DNA of 64,000 nt from Octopus bimaculoides. Taxonomy: Eukaryota. Shown one piece after another: positions 37,136-49,975 of the stretch. Position 1 is the first letter of the stretch. Each line of letters starts with the position of its first letter. Location: assembly GCF_001194135.2 (NCBI RefSeq), contig NC_068982.1, positions 146,773,320 through 146,837,319 on the forward strand, given 5' to 3'. Both the position numbers and the translations under genes were made by a program. A model generated the notes under the pieces. That model saw only the letters and a program-made list of their open reading frames with translations, was not told the origin of the DNA and made no database searches.

Positions 37136-38013
37136 TTGTCACATATTATTTACAAATAAATTCCTCTATTTTGTTGTCTTAACTTTTCTATCAATGTATA
37201 TATATATATATATNNNNNNNNNNNNNNNNNNNNNNNNNNNNNNNNNNNNNNNNNNNNNNNNNNNNNNNNNNNNNNNNNNNNNNNNNNNNNNNNNNNNNNN
37301 NNNNNNNNNNNNNNNNNNNNNNNNNNNNNNNNNNNNNNNNNNNNNNNNNNNNNNNNNNNNNNNNNNNNNNNNNNNNNNNNNNNNNNNNNNNNNNNNNNNN
37401 NNNNNNNNNNNNNNNNNNNNNNNNNNNNNNNNNNNNNNNNNNNNNNNNNNNNNNNNNNNNNNNNNNNNNNNNNNNNNNNNNNNNNNNNNNNNNNNNNNNN
37501 NNNNNNNNNNNNNNNNNNNNNNNNNNNNNNNNNNNNNNNNNNNNNNNNNNNNNNNNNNNNNNNNNNNNNNNNNNNNNNNNNNNNNNNNNNNNNNNNNNNN
37601 NNNNNNNNNNNNNNNNNNNNNNNNNNNNNNNNNNNNNNNNNNNNNNNNNNNNNNNNNAAACAGAGATGTGTGTGTAATCGCTTTTCACGTGAAATCGACT
37701 TCACCAAATGCTTCCATACTTGTGATGCATGAATAATTTGACCTCGGATAAATGTTAGGCTCTTCATTTGATTTTTTTAATTAAAAATAAATAATATTGC
37801 TTTATATTTAAGATTCACTTCTTTAAAAAGGTTCCTCAATGTCAACTTCCGGTATTGACGTAACAACGGCAAAAAGCTTCACTCTCTATTTTGTGTGTGA
37901 GTGTGTGGGTTCGTGTGTATGAGAGAGAGAGAGAGAGAGAGAATAAATACTACATACACACCGCTCTCTCACTCTGTCTCACACACATACACACGCACAC
38001 ACACACCCCTTGA

Positions 38014-38305
38014 CTCACTCACACTTTGTCTCTTACAAACACACACATGCATAAATGTATACAAACATATCTACAAAGACACACGTGTGTATGCGCGTGC
38101 GTGCGTGTTTGTAAGAGACAGAGTGTGAGTGAGTCAAGGGCTGTGTTGTCATATGCATACATCCAAAGATGTATGTATATTTATGCATGTACGTATACAT
38201 GACAACAAACCTCTCTCTCTCACTCACACTCTGTCTCTTACAAACACACACATACATAAATGTATACAAACATATTTACAAAGACACACGTGTGTATGCG
38301 CGCGC
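38014..38305. repeat. ~90-bp direct repeat (38014-38100, 38219-38305)
   Basis: ctcactcacact(t/c)tgtctcttacaaacacacacat(g/a)cataaatgtatacaaacatat(c/t)tacaaagacacacgtgtgtatgcgcg occurs twice. Confidence 0.85.
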
Positions 38306-38527
38306 GCGTACGTGGGGGGGTCCACAATCGCCATTTATTTCAATTACTCTTGTGAGGATATTCACGNNNNNNNNNNNNNNNNNNNNNNNNNNNNNNNNNN
38401 NNNNNNNNNNNNNNNNNNNNNNNNNNNNNNNNNNNNNNNNNNNNNNNNNNNNNNNNNNNNNNNNNNNNNNNNNNNNNNNNNNNNNNNNNNNNNNNNNNNN
38501 NNNNNNNNNNNNNNNNNNNNNATATAT

Positions 38528-38564
<37 letters not shown>

Positions 38565-38944
38565 CAGACCTATTATCACAGAGACACACGCATGCATGTG
38601 CATGCATATGATTGTTCGTATAAAGCAAGTTCACGAAACAACAAAAAATTAACATAAATGACTGGTTGAGTGAAAGGCACTGTTAGCTTTGTAGAATATT
38701 ATTTACAGTGCAAAGGAGGAGCTAATGCAAACACACACTCTACCGATCTCGTCTTCTATCTCTGTCTCCTATTCCCTCTTTCGCCCTCTGGTTGTGTGTG
38801 CGCGCGCGTTTGTGTGTGTGTGCGTGTGCGTGTGCGCATGTGTGTGTTTGCATTTGTGTGTGCATGTGTGTGTGTGTGCGTGTGTGTGTGTGTATGTATG
38901 TATGTATTCATGTATGTATGTATTTATGTATGTATGTAATTGTG

Positions 38945-39150
38945 TGTTTGTGTTTGTCTCCCCACCATTACTTGATAACCGATGTTGGTGTGTTTACGGC
39001 TTCGTAACTTAGCGGTTCGGCAAAACTGGCCGATCGAATAAGTACTAGGGTAACAAAGAATAAGTCCTGGGGTCGATTTGTTCGACTAAAAGGCGGTGCT
39101 CCAGCATGGCCGCAGTCAAATGACTGAAACAAGTAAAAGAATAAAAGAAT
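38945..39150 (+). mobile_element. SINE family A tail
   Basis: gtaacttagcggttcggcaaaa..ggggtcgatttgttcgactaaaaggcggtgctccagcatggccgcagtcaaatgactgaaacaagtaaaag. Confidence 0.9.
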
Positions 39151-39436
39151 ATATACATATATAATAGAACTCACAAACCATATACACGTATGCAAATATA
39201 TACATACTGAGAGAGAGAAAGAAAGAGAGAGAGGGATATAGATAGATAGAGATAGAGAGAGCGAAATAGAGAGAAGGAGGGAGAGATAAATTTATACTTT
39301 TCCTCAGTGGCTCCGCCCTTACCCTGTATAAACAATCCTACAAATCTAGCGTTTATGTTAATTACTTTAGTTTCGCCAGGCTACTGCTTCATACCAACAT
39401 AATCACGTGCGTTAGTGTGAGTGTATGTTGATCTTA

Positions 39437-39486
<50 letters not shown>

Positions 39487-40409
39487 NNNNNNNNNNNNNN
39501 NNNNNNNNNNNNNNNNNNNNNNNNNNNNNNNNNNNNNNNNNNNNATACATGCATTCACACATAGATATAAAAATAGGTTGCTCCGTTGTAATGAGAATGG
39601 TGAATGTTTTTACATTCGACATTATCTTTAATAAATCTGTTTTGTTCCATTTCTAGTTCCTTGCGTTTAAATTATCCCATCATATTGAGACATTCTACGT
39701 ACATGCACACCCTTGAACACAGCACACACACGCACACACACACACACACACGCACACACACACACACATACACACACTCAAAGGCACACGCATACACACA
39801 TTTATGTACATCAGCATTATTAATATCACACACTGAACGTATGTGTGGTGTTTAAACGCCAGAAGCAGCGGGGTTTTTGTTCTGGAAGAATCTCTTTAAA
39901 AGCGTATAGTATTAAAAAAAAAAACACGGCATACTTTAGAGCTAGGCAATACGACAGCGGTGGAATCTAGTATTTCGCAGTCGTTGCTGTTTATCAATGC
40001 CACCCACTCGTCTCCCTTGGAAAGGAAACGAAATCGAAATTGCTAATCTGAAGTGTATATAAACAAGTAACAATTATTTGCTGATTTGTAATTACGTCAC
40101 ATAAGTAGAATGAATCGACTAAATGTGTACGAAGGAGTACAATAATGTAAAAATAATGTGAGTTGTTTTAACTCTCGGGGCTACGGATTTTCGTCAGGAA
40201 AAATTCCTTTTAAGACATAGTTTTAAAGAAGAAAGTATACTTCAGAGCACTTTGTTATCCAAGGCATCGTAAAGTGCAGTCTTACTCGTGGTCTTATTGT
40301 TGCCAAATGTCTTAAACATTTGGAACATGATGCGAGCAGATCCACTCAGAACTAAACGCACAAACATGGGTTCACACTCTTTTTTTCTTCCTTTCTTTTG
40401 TAGAAATAA

Positions 40410-40690
40410 CGTCATACATAGTAATCGCTCCATTTTCACAGTTGATTACCATCACTATGACTTTCCTCGTTGTCAATGGCATTTTTGACCATTGAGATGA
40501 CTATTCAGTCCCGCTGCAGATCTGCATGGTCGGGAGCATAAGTGACAGACGAAAATTGTAACTTCCACTGGATTGATCGGATCATTTTGTGAGATATAAT
40601 CCTTGTGACTCGTCATATGTCACTTCAGACACGAAATCGATCTACTAGCCTTTTCACACACTATACACGTCGAATCACCTGGTAAATACA
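40410..40690 (-). mobile_element. RTE-clade LINE 3' end with two C2H2-like fingers
   Basis: CIVCEKASRSISCLK*HMTSH and FVCHLCSRPCRSAAGLNSHL, followed by a short 3' UTR; typical of RTE/BovB-like ORF ends. Confidence 0.7.
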
Positions 40691-41772
40691 TACATACATG
40701 CATACATACATACATACATACATACATACATACATACATACATACATACATACATACATGCATACATACATACATACATAGGCACATATGGGATACAGCA
40801 CATTCGTTGAAAAAATATTATTCGACACCTAATACGTGGAAGAACAGATTCATAGAAATAGATAAAATAAATCAAATCTTAATGACGATCAATTTTAAAA
40901 CAATATTTGGAATTTTCAATTAAAAAAATTTTTAAGGGAAATTATTTTCTAATTTATTTTCAGTTTAAATATCATTTTCTTAGAAAATAAATGTAAGCAG
41001 AAATACATCAAATCACAACTTCGACAATTCATTTTTTAAAAATATTCATTTATTTTAAAATTAGAATAATAAGAAAGCTTTTTGTTTTAAATGAAATCTA
41101 TTTTCATGTGTTTGTTTTTCTTTTTTTTTTTTTCTGCATTGATTCATTTAATTCTTATTTACATATATAACAGAGTTCCCAACTTTAGAACTTTAAAACA
41201 TTATAACAGTTGATTCAAATAAACTTCTATATAATCATTTAAAGTTTTAAAATATTATTTCATATGTGTCTCTTAAATATAGTAGCATTTCGATGAACAT
41301 TCCACCTTTTATACGACTAATGCTTTTTTGATCACTTTGCCAGCAAATTAGATTTTTCAACGAATTTCGTTTCCTGAAAAATGTTTCTATAAATATGTCT
41401 TTCGGCCAATGTGCTTTCGACGACTATGTTAATGTGTTGTCTACCGACGTGTCCAAGGTCATATCTTTTTGTGTTTACATACATCCATAGTTATAGATAA
41501 GAAATCATTGAAGTACATAATGATTAATCACTACAAGACAGTTCCTATATANNNNNNNNNNNNNNNNNNNNNNNNNNNNNNNNNNNNNNNNNNNNNNNNN
41601 NNNNNNNNNNNNNNNNNNNNNNNNNNNNNNNNNNNNNNNNNNNNNNNNNNNNNNNNNNNNNNNNNNNNNNNNNNNNNNNNNNNNNNNNNNNNTATATATA
41701 TTGGTGAAGAAACTGTTAGTGCCTAAGTCTTCAATCAAATATCTAAAACCATTAGAAACTACAATACACTAA

Positions 41773-41821
<49 letters not shown>

Positions 41822-43162
41822 AGTCGCGCAAGCATAAATGTGTGCATGCTTCTCTAAGTGTGTATTTACACTGATACATACATATACACGAGCACATAAA
41901 TACACGAAGTGAGGGCCGATTACACACAAGTATACCCCCCACACACTCACCAGCGACGACACATACCTCCACATGAACAAACAACGACTGAAAACACGCC
42001 GAGAAAACACAGAAACAATTGCTTTTCTCTCTCACACACACACATACACACAGTGTGTGTGTGTACTATCTGGTCTTGTTCACCCCAATCCCTCCTGTAA
42101 CTTCCGATATAATTAAGCTACTCAATGACAAATATCAACGAATCATTTCTATTTTTGCAGACGGCTTCTATGGCTTATCTTAAAAACGGCCATAATTAGT
42201 TGGCCGTTTCAAGATAAAAAAAAGTACGGAACCATCTTCATTATTTCCACATTATTTCAACTCTCAGAGTTCGCTGTAACCTTCACTGGTTTCTCTGATC
42301 ATACGTTTTTATCAGCTTTATCTCTTCTTCTTTTCCTCCGTTCATCGTTCTTCTCCTTCTCCTGTTCATCACAATCCTCATAATCATCATTACCACCACT
42401 ACCACCACTACCACTACTACCACCATTACCGTCGTTGTGGTTGTCGTCATCATCATCATCAGTAGCAACATCACCACCACCACCACCACCCACCATCAAT
42501 TATTTTTGTTTTGTGTTTTCGTTTATTTGTCTTCATTTATCCCAACCAACGCCTGTAGATTCGCAGAATCAACAGAACAGTTATCTGGTCGTATTTCGTT
42601 ACATCCCTTTAAGTTCTTCATTTCAAATCCTGCTGTAGACGATTTGCCTTTTTTAAAAATCTTTCTGGGGCATCATAAATACAGCCGCCGTCAATTACTG
42701 TAAACCTCTCTACCAACCTCATCACTCTGTGATTTTCTGACAAAGTTACAAATCCTTATGTCTTCACTCTTCTACTGGTTTCATTCACTGGATAATGGCT
42801 ATTCTGGGACACAGTATTTTCTATCGATCATTTTACCCGCTGCACTTATTTAATCCATCTTTATTTATCGAATGATTAAATGCCAAAGGATAACAAGTCA
42901 GTAATATAACGCGTTATTTTATCCTGGTATACACTAACACAGACGTGCATATCAAATCACACACATAAGTATCCTGATACATATATACAAATTTGGGCAG
43001 TGGCAGAATGTGAAAAGGAGAGGACAAAATACTTTGTGGTATTTAGTTACCTCCCTTAATTATGGTACTGGGTTCACATCATGCACCACTGACGTTGTGT
43101 TCATATTTCTGGGATTGAAAAAATAAGTACTTTAGTACTGAGCTCAATATATACGACTATTA

Positions 43163-43378
43163 AGGTGGCGAGCTGGCAGAATCGTTAGCACGCCGGGCGA
43201 AATGCTTAGCGGTATTTCGTCCTGCTGTTACGTTCTGAGTTCAATTTCTGCCGAGGTCGACTTTGCCTTTCATCCTTTTGGGGTCGATAAAATAAGTCCC
43301 AGCTGAGCACCGGGGTCAATGTAATCTACTTACCCCATGCCCCGTACTTGCTTGCCTTGTGCCAACATTTGAAACTCA
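43163..43378 (+). mobile_element. SINE family B, full length
   Basis: ggtggcgagctggcagaatcgttagcacgccgggcgaaatgcttagcggtatttcgtc..gccgaggtcgactttgcctttcatccttttggggtcgataaaataagt. Confidence 0.92.
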
Positions 43379-44218
43379 TATAAACAACTGTCGTATTTGT
43401 TTCTCGAGCATCAGTTCTTATTCCTCAACAGTTAAATAGATGTAACATTGTTACACTGATGGCAAAAACTACTGGTAAGAATTAGTATCTAATGATTTTA
43501 TAGCTAATGATTCTAACTATGATCACTATTTTACTTAACAGTTTTCTTTTTCCTGCACAATATCTAATGTGTATGTTTTATTCCAATATGCACATGTATA
43601 TTCTCAGTATTGTTGTTAAAATATTGTCATAAATAATTAAGAAAATATCTAATTAATGATGCTAGCAAATATAATTGGTCTGTGATACTCTATTAACTCT
43701 AATGATAAGACTATTACAGAAATATTTGCATACTGTATTTCACATATTAATCGGATCTAATGGAGTGAAAGAAATTAAACTCCTCCAAGTAACTTCCTTG
43801 ATTTATTTAACCATATTTTGACTGCTAGGTTTATCGCGGCAAGCCGTTTCAAAATCAGATTACGGGAATCAGATCATGCATTTAGCTTCTTCCTCACTCA
43901 GAAGAAGACAACAAAGACGTTGGTGACGATCACACAGAGGCTCTTTCTTTGGTTCAAATGGGTTTCTTCATTGACACATAACCTGCAAAATGGATTCCAC
44001 TCATTAGAGGAAAATACATAAACATTAACAATTTTGTAGCCAATAAATACGTACAGAGTCTGGCCTTAGATTTACGAAAAATATTATTAAAACAATGTCT
44101 CTAAGTTAGGTATAGTGGTTGGAACCACTATGCTGCAGTTAGAGTAGACTCCAGTCAAGTTAACACTCAAATAGGGATGTGGTTGATTAGCAAAGAATCA
44201 TTCACAAACACTCTACGT

Positions 44219-44475
44219 CAGTAGTTCTCAACCGGACTCCATATGGCCCTCGGTGGATGGGGGTCAATATAAGATATTGTTGTTAAAAAATTCATTAAAC
44301 TGGTTATAATCCTACAATGCACAAAATATTTTAACAATTTTTAAATACAACTTCTACTAATATTTAATTATAAAAATGTAAAAAATTTTATTAAGCATTG
44401 AATACTCAGGAGGGAACAGTCGAGTAAAATACGAATCAAAGGGGTCCATAGATAAAAAATGGTTGAGAACCCCTA
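44219..44475. mobile_element. hAT (Charlie-like) MITE, 257 bp
   Basis: TIRs cagtagttctcaacc / ggttgagaaccccta, with 8-bp flanks ctctacgt (44211-18) and ctctatat (44476-83). Confidence 0.8.
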
Positions 44476-45649
44476 CTCTATATCTACCAACGTGCGGATT
44501 CACAGGGTTCAACTCACAGAATTTTATATCAAATTAGATTTTGTGCTCTCTCATGTTCAGGCACGCACAATTCACTCATTCTTTATGATATTAATGTACT
44601 CGTTGAGACTTACCATCCCCAGATATTCTAAACACTCCTTTTATGGAAGCGACCAACCCTAGAAATCTCCCGTTTCTCTGCACCTTCTTTCTGAAGGCAT
44701 CAATATGCAGACATTTAATTTGAAACCGAACTATACGAATCTAAAAAAAAAAAAAAAAAAAAAATCTAGAAAAGCAAATGCCATGTGCACTGATGCTGAC
44801 TTACTTCTCCGACCAAATTAAAATAGAAACAGAAGTACTTTATTGACAAGGGAGAAAGATGAAACATGAAGACCATCCGGAAGGATGAAACATATTTTTG
44901 ATTGCAAAAGTGACCAGAAGAGCTTTATATGGTTTTTTAACGTTGACACAAGGTCAAATATTCTGGAGGAGAAACTAGAATATTGCTGGTACTTGTTTTA
45001 AGGAAGATGAAAGGCAAGATCACAATTGCAATTTCCACAGAAAATGTAGTTATTACAAAGTATTTAATACGTCGTTCTGCTATTTGTTACCTTTGAAAAT
45101 TAGGAACTTTAAGGGACTTAACCAACTGAAGGGCTCATTACAAAAAGTCATGACGAGTGTTGATAATATGATGTGTGTGTGTGTGTGTCTGTGTGTATGT
45201 GAGTGTGTGTATGCGTGTGTATGCATGTGTGTGTGTGTGTGTCAAAATACGCACCACGCATAGGTACATGTATTATACACGGACACACACACACACATAC
45301 ACACACATTCACATGCACGTATAAGCGTATATATGTAGAGATAGACGAGAAAAATATGAAACGAACAGGAATGCAAATATGGAACGAAACTGATAAAAGA
45401 TGATATCAATGACAACTTAAAGGCAGCTGCGATAACATATAATGTTTAGTTATTTTCTGTGTACACTGGATTGATTGATGCCATTCTTTTCGGTGGTCGG
45501 TAGCCTCAAGAGTCAACAAACTGCTACTTTAACATATATATTGACATACGTGCACAGTAATGAATATACACAAATGAACACAGAATGTATACATACGTAC
45601 ATACATGCAAACATACATACGTACCTACGTACATACACACACATATATG

Positions 45650-45683
<34 letters not shown>

Positions 45684-46101
45684 TGTATGTATGTATCTAT
45701 CTATCTATCTATCTATCTTAACTAGCCGATGAATTCGTAAGTGCCTTTTCTTCTCGTTGGTTTTTGGTGTCGCATGGCCAGAAATTACCGTGAATTTTTT
45801 AGAGACACTTTCAAATTTATCAGAATATTGGGCTGAAGATGCGGAATAGAGTAATTTCATTCTCTTAACCGCGAAACGTTCGTATCCAATTAACTAAAGG
45901 CAGGTTTTTTTTTTGCTTTTCCCTCTGGTTTTTTGTTCTATGTGTGCCATAGATATCGCCATCCGTTTAGAGAAAAATTTGTAGTCTAGAATCAGTAGTT
46001 CTTTGACTGCTATTTCTAAATTTTCAGTATGTTGGAGAAGCAACTCAATGCTAATTAAAAAATAGAAGAGACATACATACATACATACATACATACATAC
46101 A

Positions 46102-46132
<31 letters not shown>

Positions 46133-46134
<2 letters not shown>

Positions 46135-46350
46135 GGAGCAGTGGTGAAGGTGTTGGACTCATGATCCTAAGATTGTGGCTTCGATTCCTGGTTCAGGAGA
46201 CGAATTGTGCCCTTGAGCAAAACACTTCATTTCACGTTGCTCCATTGTACTCAGCTGCCAAAAGTGAGTAATCCTGCGACAGACTGGCGTTCCTTCCAGG
46301 TGGGGAACTTATAGGTCACGGAAACCGGCAAACCGGCTCTGTGAGGCCTA
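46133..46350 (+). mobile_element. tRNA-derived SINE family D with V-domain-like centre
   Basis: A box tggagcagtgg, B box ggcttcgattcc, gtgcccttgagcaaaacact, and cctgcgacagactggcgttccttccagg, which resembles the V-SINE domain as I remember it. Confidence 0.7.
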
Positions 46351-46465
46351 TATAATTCGGGAAGGATCTTTATCATCATCCTTTTTTATACACACACACA
46401 TACATATATATATTACATATACATGTATATACATATACATACATGCATACACACACACACACACA

Positions 46466-46572
<107 letters not shown>

Positions 46573-46883
46573 TTTTTTTTGTTTGTGTGTGTGTTTTCTG
46601 CATGAATCAAATCTCTTACTGTCAAAACCAATAAACAAATTAGGAAGATGATTCTTTTAATCTCTAGACTTCAGAAAAAAAGATAAGTCGAAACAACAGC
46701 GACCAGCGACTGCAACATCAATAACAGCAACATTAACATCAACAACTTTAACAAATGCAAACGCCATAAAAGAAATTATTTATTTAAACAGACATCGAAT
46801 CACCAATTAAACCTCATTACTTGATCTCACAATCTCTTTGGATTTTTATATTCCATTTCTTTCTCTTGCCCACTTTCAGTTCT

Positions 46884-46955
46884 TATACATTTGTGTAACG
46901 GTAGCACACTTGGTCGCGTAAACAAAGAAGTGTGGGTTCGAGTCCCACGCGTGCG
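46884..46955 (+). pseudogene. tRNA-like remnant or SINE head
   Basis: D arm gtgt-aacggta-gcac and perfect T arm gtggg-ttcgagt-cccac (B box). The anticodon and acceptor stems do not pair. Confidence 0.4.
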
Positions 46956-48019
46956 GAAAAACCTACTTTTTCTGTCGAGGGCTTATACATCCCACTATTA
47001 GACTATGTTCTTTAGTCATTGTGCGGTGATCGTTTATAAGCTTTAAGCTTATGAAATACTATTATACACACACACATACATATATACGTATAATGTTCAA
47101 AATGCTAAATCAAACACCAAGTTTCAAATAAAGCTAGTGCTGATTAATTACTTGCACTTTAGAAAGCTCACGTGCTACCAACAATAAAGTGTTGCTCAAA
47201 CAAAGGAAGTTTCCATTCTTCACTCTTTGTCCGAAAGGTCAAACAACGTAGTAGAAAGGGGATCAAACTTCCTGAGCAAGTTTCATTCATCAATTCGTTA
47301 TGACCACGGACGTACTCTTTCTGCCGTTCTTGTCAATCATGCCAACAACAGCAACTACGCTTTTTAACTTGAAAGCAGCTTACCAATTTCGCTTCCATAT
47401 AACCAGCATCATCACCGCCTCTCATTTTTACTCGTTATTATGGGTGTCTTAACTCAAAACCTGAACTAATCTACTATATTACCCCACCCCAGTCACTCCA
47501 CTAAATAATTTAAAGTTTCACTGTGTCTGCGTTTATGCAACATGCATCCCAATCAATCTACAGAATTTTAAATTAGATGCCCACGTATTCTTGTGAATAA
47601 GAGACAATATTTTTTATCTCAAATATATCTGTGAAGTATGTATGCATGTATGGATAGATGGATATATTTGTCACGTTAATATATANNNNNNNNNNTCATA
47701 ATAAACACATTTTAACCGAATGCGAGGAAATGCAACTCTCAAAAACTGGTCTCTTAAAAACAGACTGAAATATATATCGAACGATTTCACGATTATTACA
47801 GCAATATGTAACTTTCGATCATCAGTATAGTATGGTCAAAATATATAAAAATAAACAAGTGATTCAACATACCAAAACGAACACCCATGTATCCGGCATA
47901 GTACATAGAAGATTGTTTATATCTATATATCTATGTAAAAGGCATATTAACACCCACTCACACACACACACACATATTAACATGACTTCTTAAAATTATA
48001 GACCTGTCTTTCTAACAGC

Positions 48020-49165
48020 ACATATCAACAAAATCAGGAACGCATATTCAGGAGGAAACTGATCGCTTTCGTCGAAGATAATGACATGCTCCGAAACACC
48101 CAGCATGGTTTCCGCTCAGGAAGAAACTGCATTACACAGCTTTTGCAGCATTATAACTGGGTGTTGAAATAATTAATGAATCGCTCAAACGTGGACTTTG
48201 CAAAGACCTTTGATAATATGTCACACGCTACGGATACTCGGCATAGTCAGAAAACTGGAGAGTGGTTGCATGAATTCTTAAAAGACAGAAGTCAGGCTGT
48301 CACAGCCAATGAAGCCCTCTCCAAGGAGACAGTAATAGAGAGTGGAGTGCCACAAGGAACTGTCTTGGGGCCGCTTCTGTTTATGGTAGCTCTTTCAGAC
48401 ATTCCATCAGTTACACAAACAGCCGCACTTACTAGCAATGCCGACGACACAAAGGTAGTACAAATAGTCAAAGGACCTTCCGATGCAAATCTTCTATATA
48501 AAGACCTAGATGCTATATATAAATGGGCTGAAGAAAACGACATGCAATTTAATCCAGAGAAATTCCAAGCCCTCCACTATCAGCTACCTAGTGTTTGCAT
48601 ACGGCAACAACGATACTTTGGGCCACAAGTTGCGGCAGTACAGTGCGTGATCTGGAGATTGATATGAGCAACGACACCTCGTTTCACGTACATATCACCA
48701 AAATGATGGCAATGTGTAAGCGAATGGCCGGATGGATTCTGAGAACTTTCACGAGTATGCTGGTTTTATGGAGGACATTTGTACTCAGCAGTCTGGATTA
48801 CTGCTCTCAACTGTAGTCATCTAAAAGTGTCAAATTAATACTGGAACTTGTGGCAGTTGAGTGGTGCTACATTAAGTAGATTGCATCAATAGAACAGCTG
48901 AGCTACTGGGAAAGGCTGAGAGAGCTACGACTCTACTCCCTGGAGCAAAGATGGAAGAGGCATGCTGTGATATACACGTATTAAAGACTGTTGAGGGGTT
49001 GGTAACAAACTTTGACATCTAGAGCTATACTAGCCCTCGAACTGGACGTCACTGCGGTGTCCCAATGGTCCCAGCTATCCCGTCTAGAGTGAGGACCATG
49101 TATTGAAATAACTCGGGATTCAAGAGTTCATAGATATTTAATGCCTTGTCAAAGCATCTGCGAGA
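48020..49165 (+). mobile_element. CR1-group LINE RT fragment
   Basis: QHGFRSGRNCITQLL..DFAKTFD..ESGVPQGTVLGPLLF..NADDTK..WAEENDMQFNPEKFQ..LDYCSQL..YWERLRELRLYSLEQR, with stops and frameshifts. Confidence 0.92.
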
Positions 49166-49348
49166 TCTTTCGGCAAATTCCAGAAGCTGATAACGTGCAT
49201 TTAAAAGCTTCTATACTGTTATTTGCTACCATATGTTACCGTAGAGCAGAGGTATTCCTTGTACCTGATAAGCACGTCGAACTCCGTAAGTGTATAGAAT
49301 TTATATAAATAATTATACAAGGAGATGGAATGAACAGGCTTCAATTAT

Positions 49349-49563
49349 AAATTATATTTCTCTCTGTGCAGTGGCACCAGCTGCAAGTTGTTGAGTTTTA
49401 AGTCTCATACTGTTACATTAAATATTTCATAAATAATTACCTTACATCAGCTACTGGATCATATCTGTTTATGCAATTATTTATGAAATAATTTATGAAT
49501 TGGTATGAAGCTGAAAACTCAGCAACTTGCAGCTGTTGCCGTACACAGAACCCAATATAATTT
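49349..49563. mobile_element. Foldback/MITE X (arms 49349-49438 / 49475-49563)
   Basis: cagctgcaagttgttgagtttt pairs with aaaactcagcaacttgcagctg, and tatttcataaataatt pairs with aattatttatgaaata. Confidence 0.85.
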
Positions 49564-49645
49564 CCATGTAGTATATATCAATATTTATATGTTCAAATAT
49601 GAAATTGAAGCAGCGCTAGTTTAATTAACTTTATCGATCACATAC

Positions 49646-49920
49646 TATACTTAACATATATGCTTAGTGTAATTGCCAGTAGGCTGCTAAGTAGCGTGGT
49701 AGAGAAAACGTTCGCAAAGGAATGGGTGTTAAAACATCTGAAAGTCACAGGCAGACAAGGTATCACAACTCCAGCATTATCTAAAAGGATTTATTATACT
49801 AGCGCTGCTTCTATTTCATGACCTTCAGGTGTTTTAACACCCGGCGCTTTGAGAAAGTTATATCCATTACGCCACATCACATCCTACCGGCAAATACACT
49901 AAGAATTTACGTTAAGTATA
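49646..49920. mobile_element. Foldback/MITE Y (arms 49646-49747 / 49819-49920)
   Basis: tatacttaac..gggtgttaaaacatctgaaagtca pairs with tgaccttcaggtgttttaacaccc..gttaagtata; TA-terminated. Confidence 0.85.
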
Positions 49921-49937
49921 TGTGATTGATAATGTTT

Positions 49938-49975
<38 letters not shown>

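Noticed and set aside
37843-37865. ACTTCCGGT next to TGACGTAA (ETS plus CRE-like)
   Set aside because: Isolated short motifs without a CpG island or exon support.
42185-42245. Minus-strand taatga-agat..atct-tGAAACGGCC, hammerhead-like
   Set aside because: The core and cleavage triplet are both broken and stem I is absent; too degenerate to call.
43880-43975. SEEDNKDVGDDHTEALSLVQMGF, UBA-like MGF motif
   Set aside because: Bounded by stops, with no convincing donor site and no rest of the domain.
45720-46070. actag-starting segment between microsatellites, possibly a non-autonomous Helitron
   Set aside because: No clear subterminal hairpin or second terminus identified.
47381-47422. Minus-strand aaaaATG-RGGDDAGYMEAKL|gtaagc mini-exon
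   Set aside because: Only 14 codons, no recognisable homology and no linked exon; within chance expectation.
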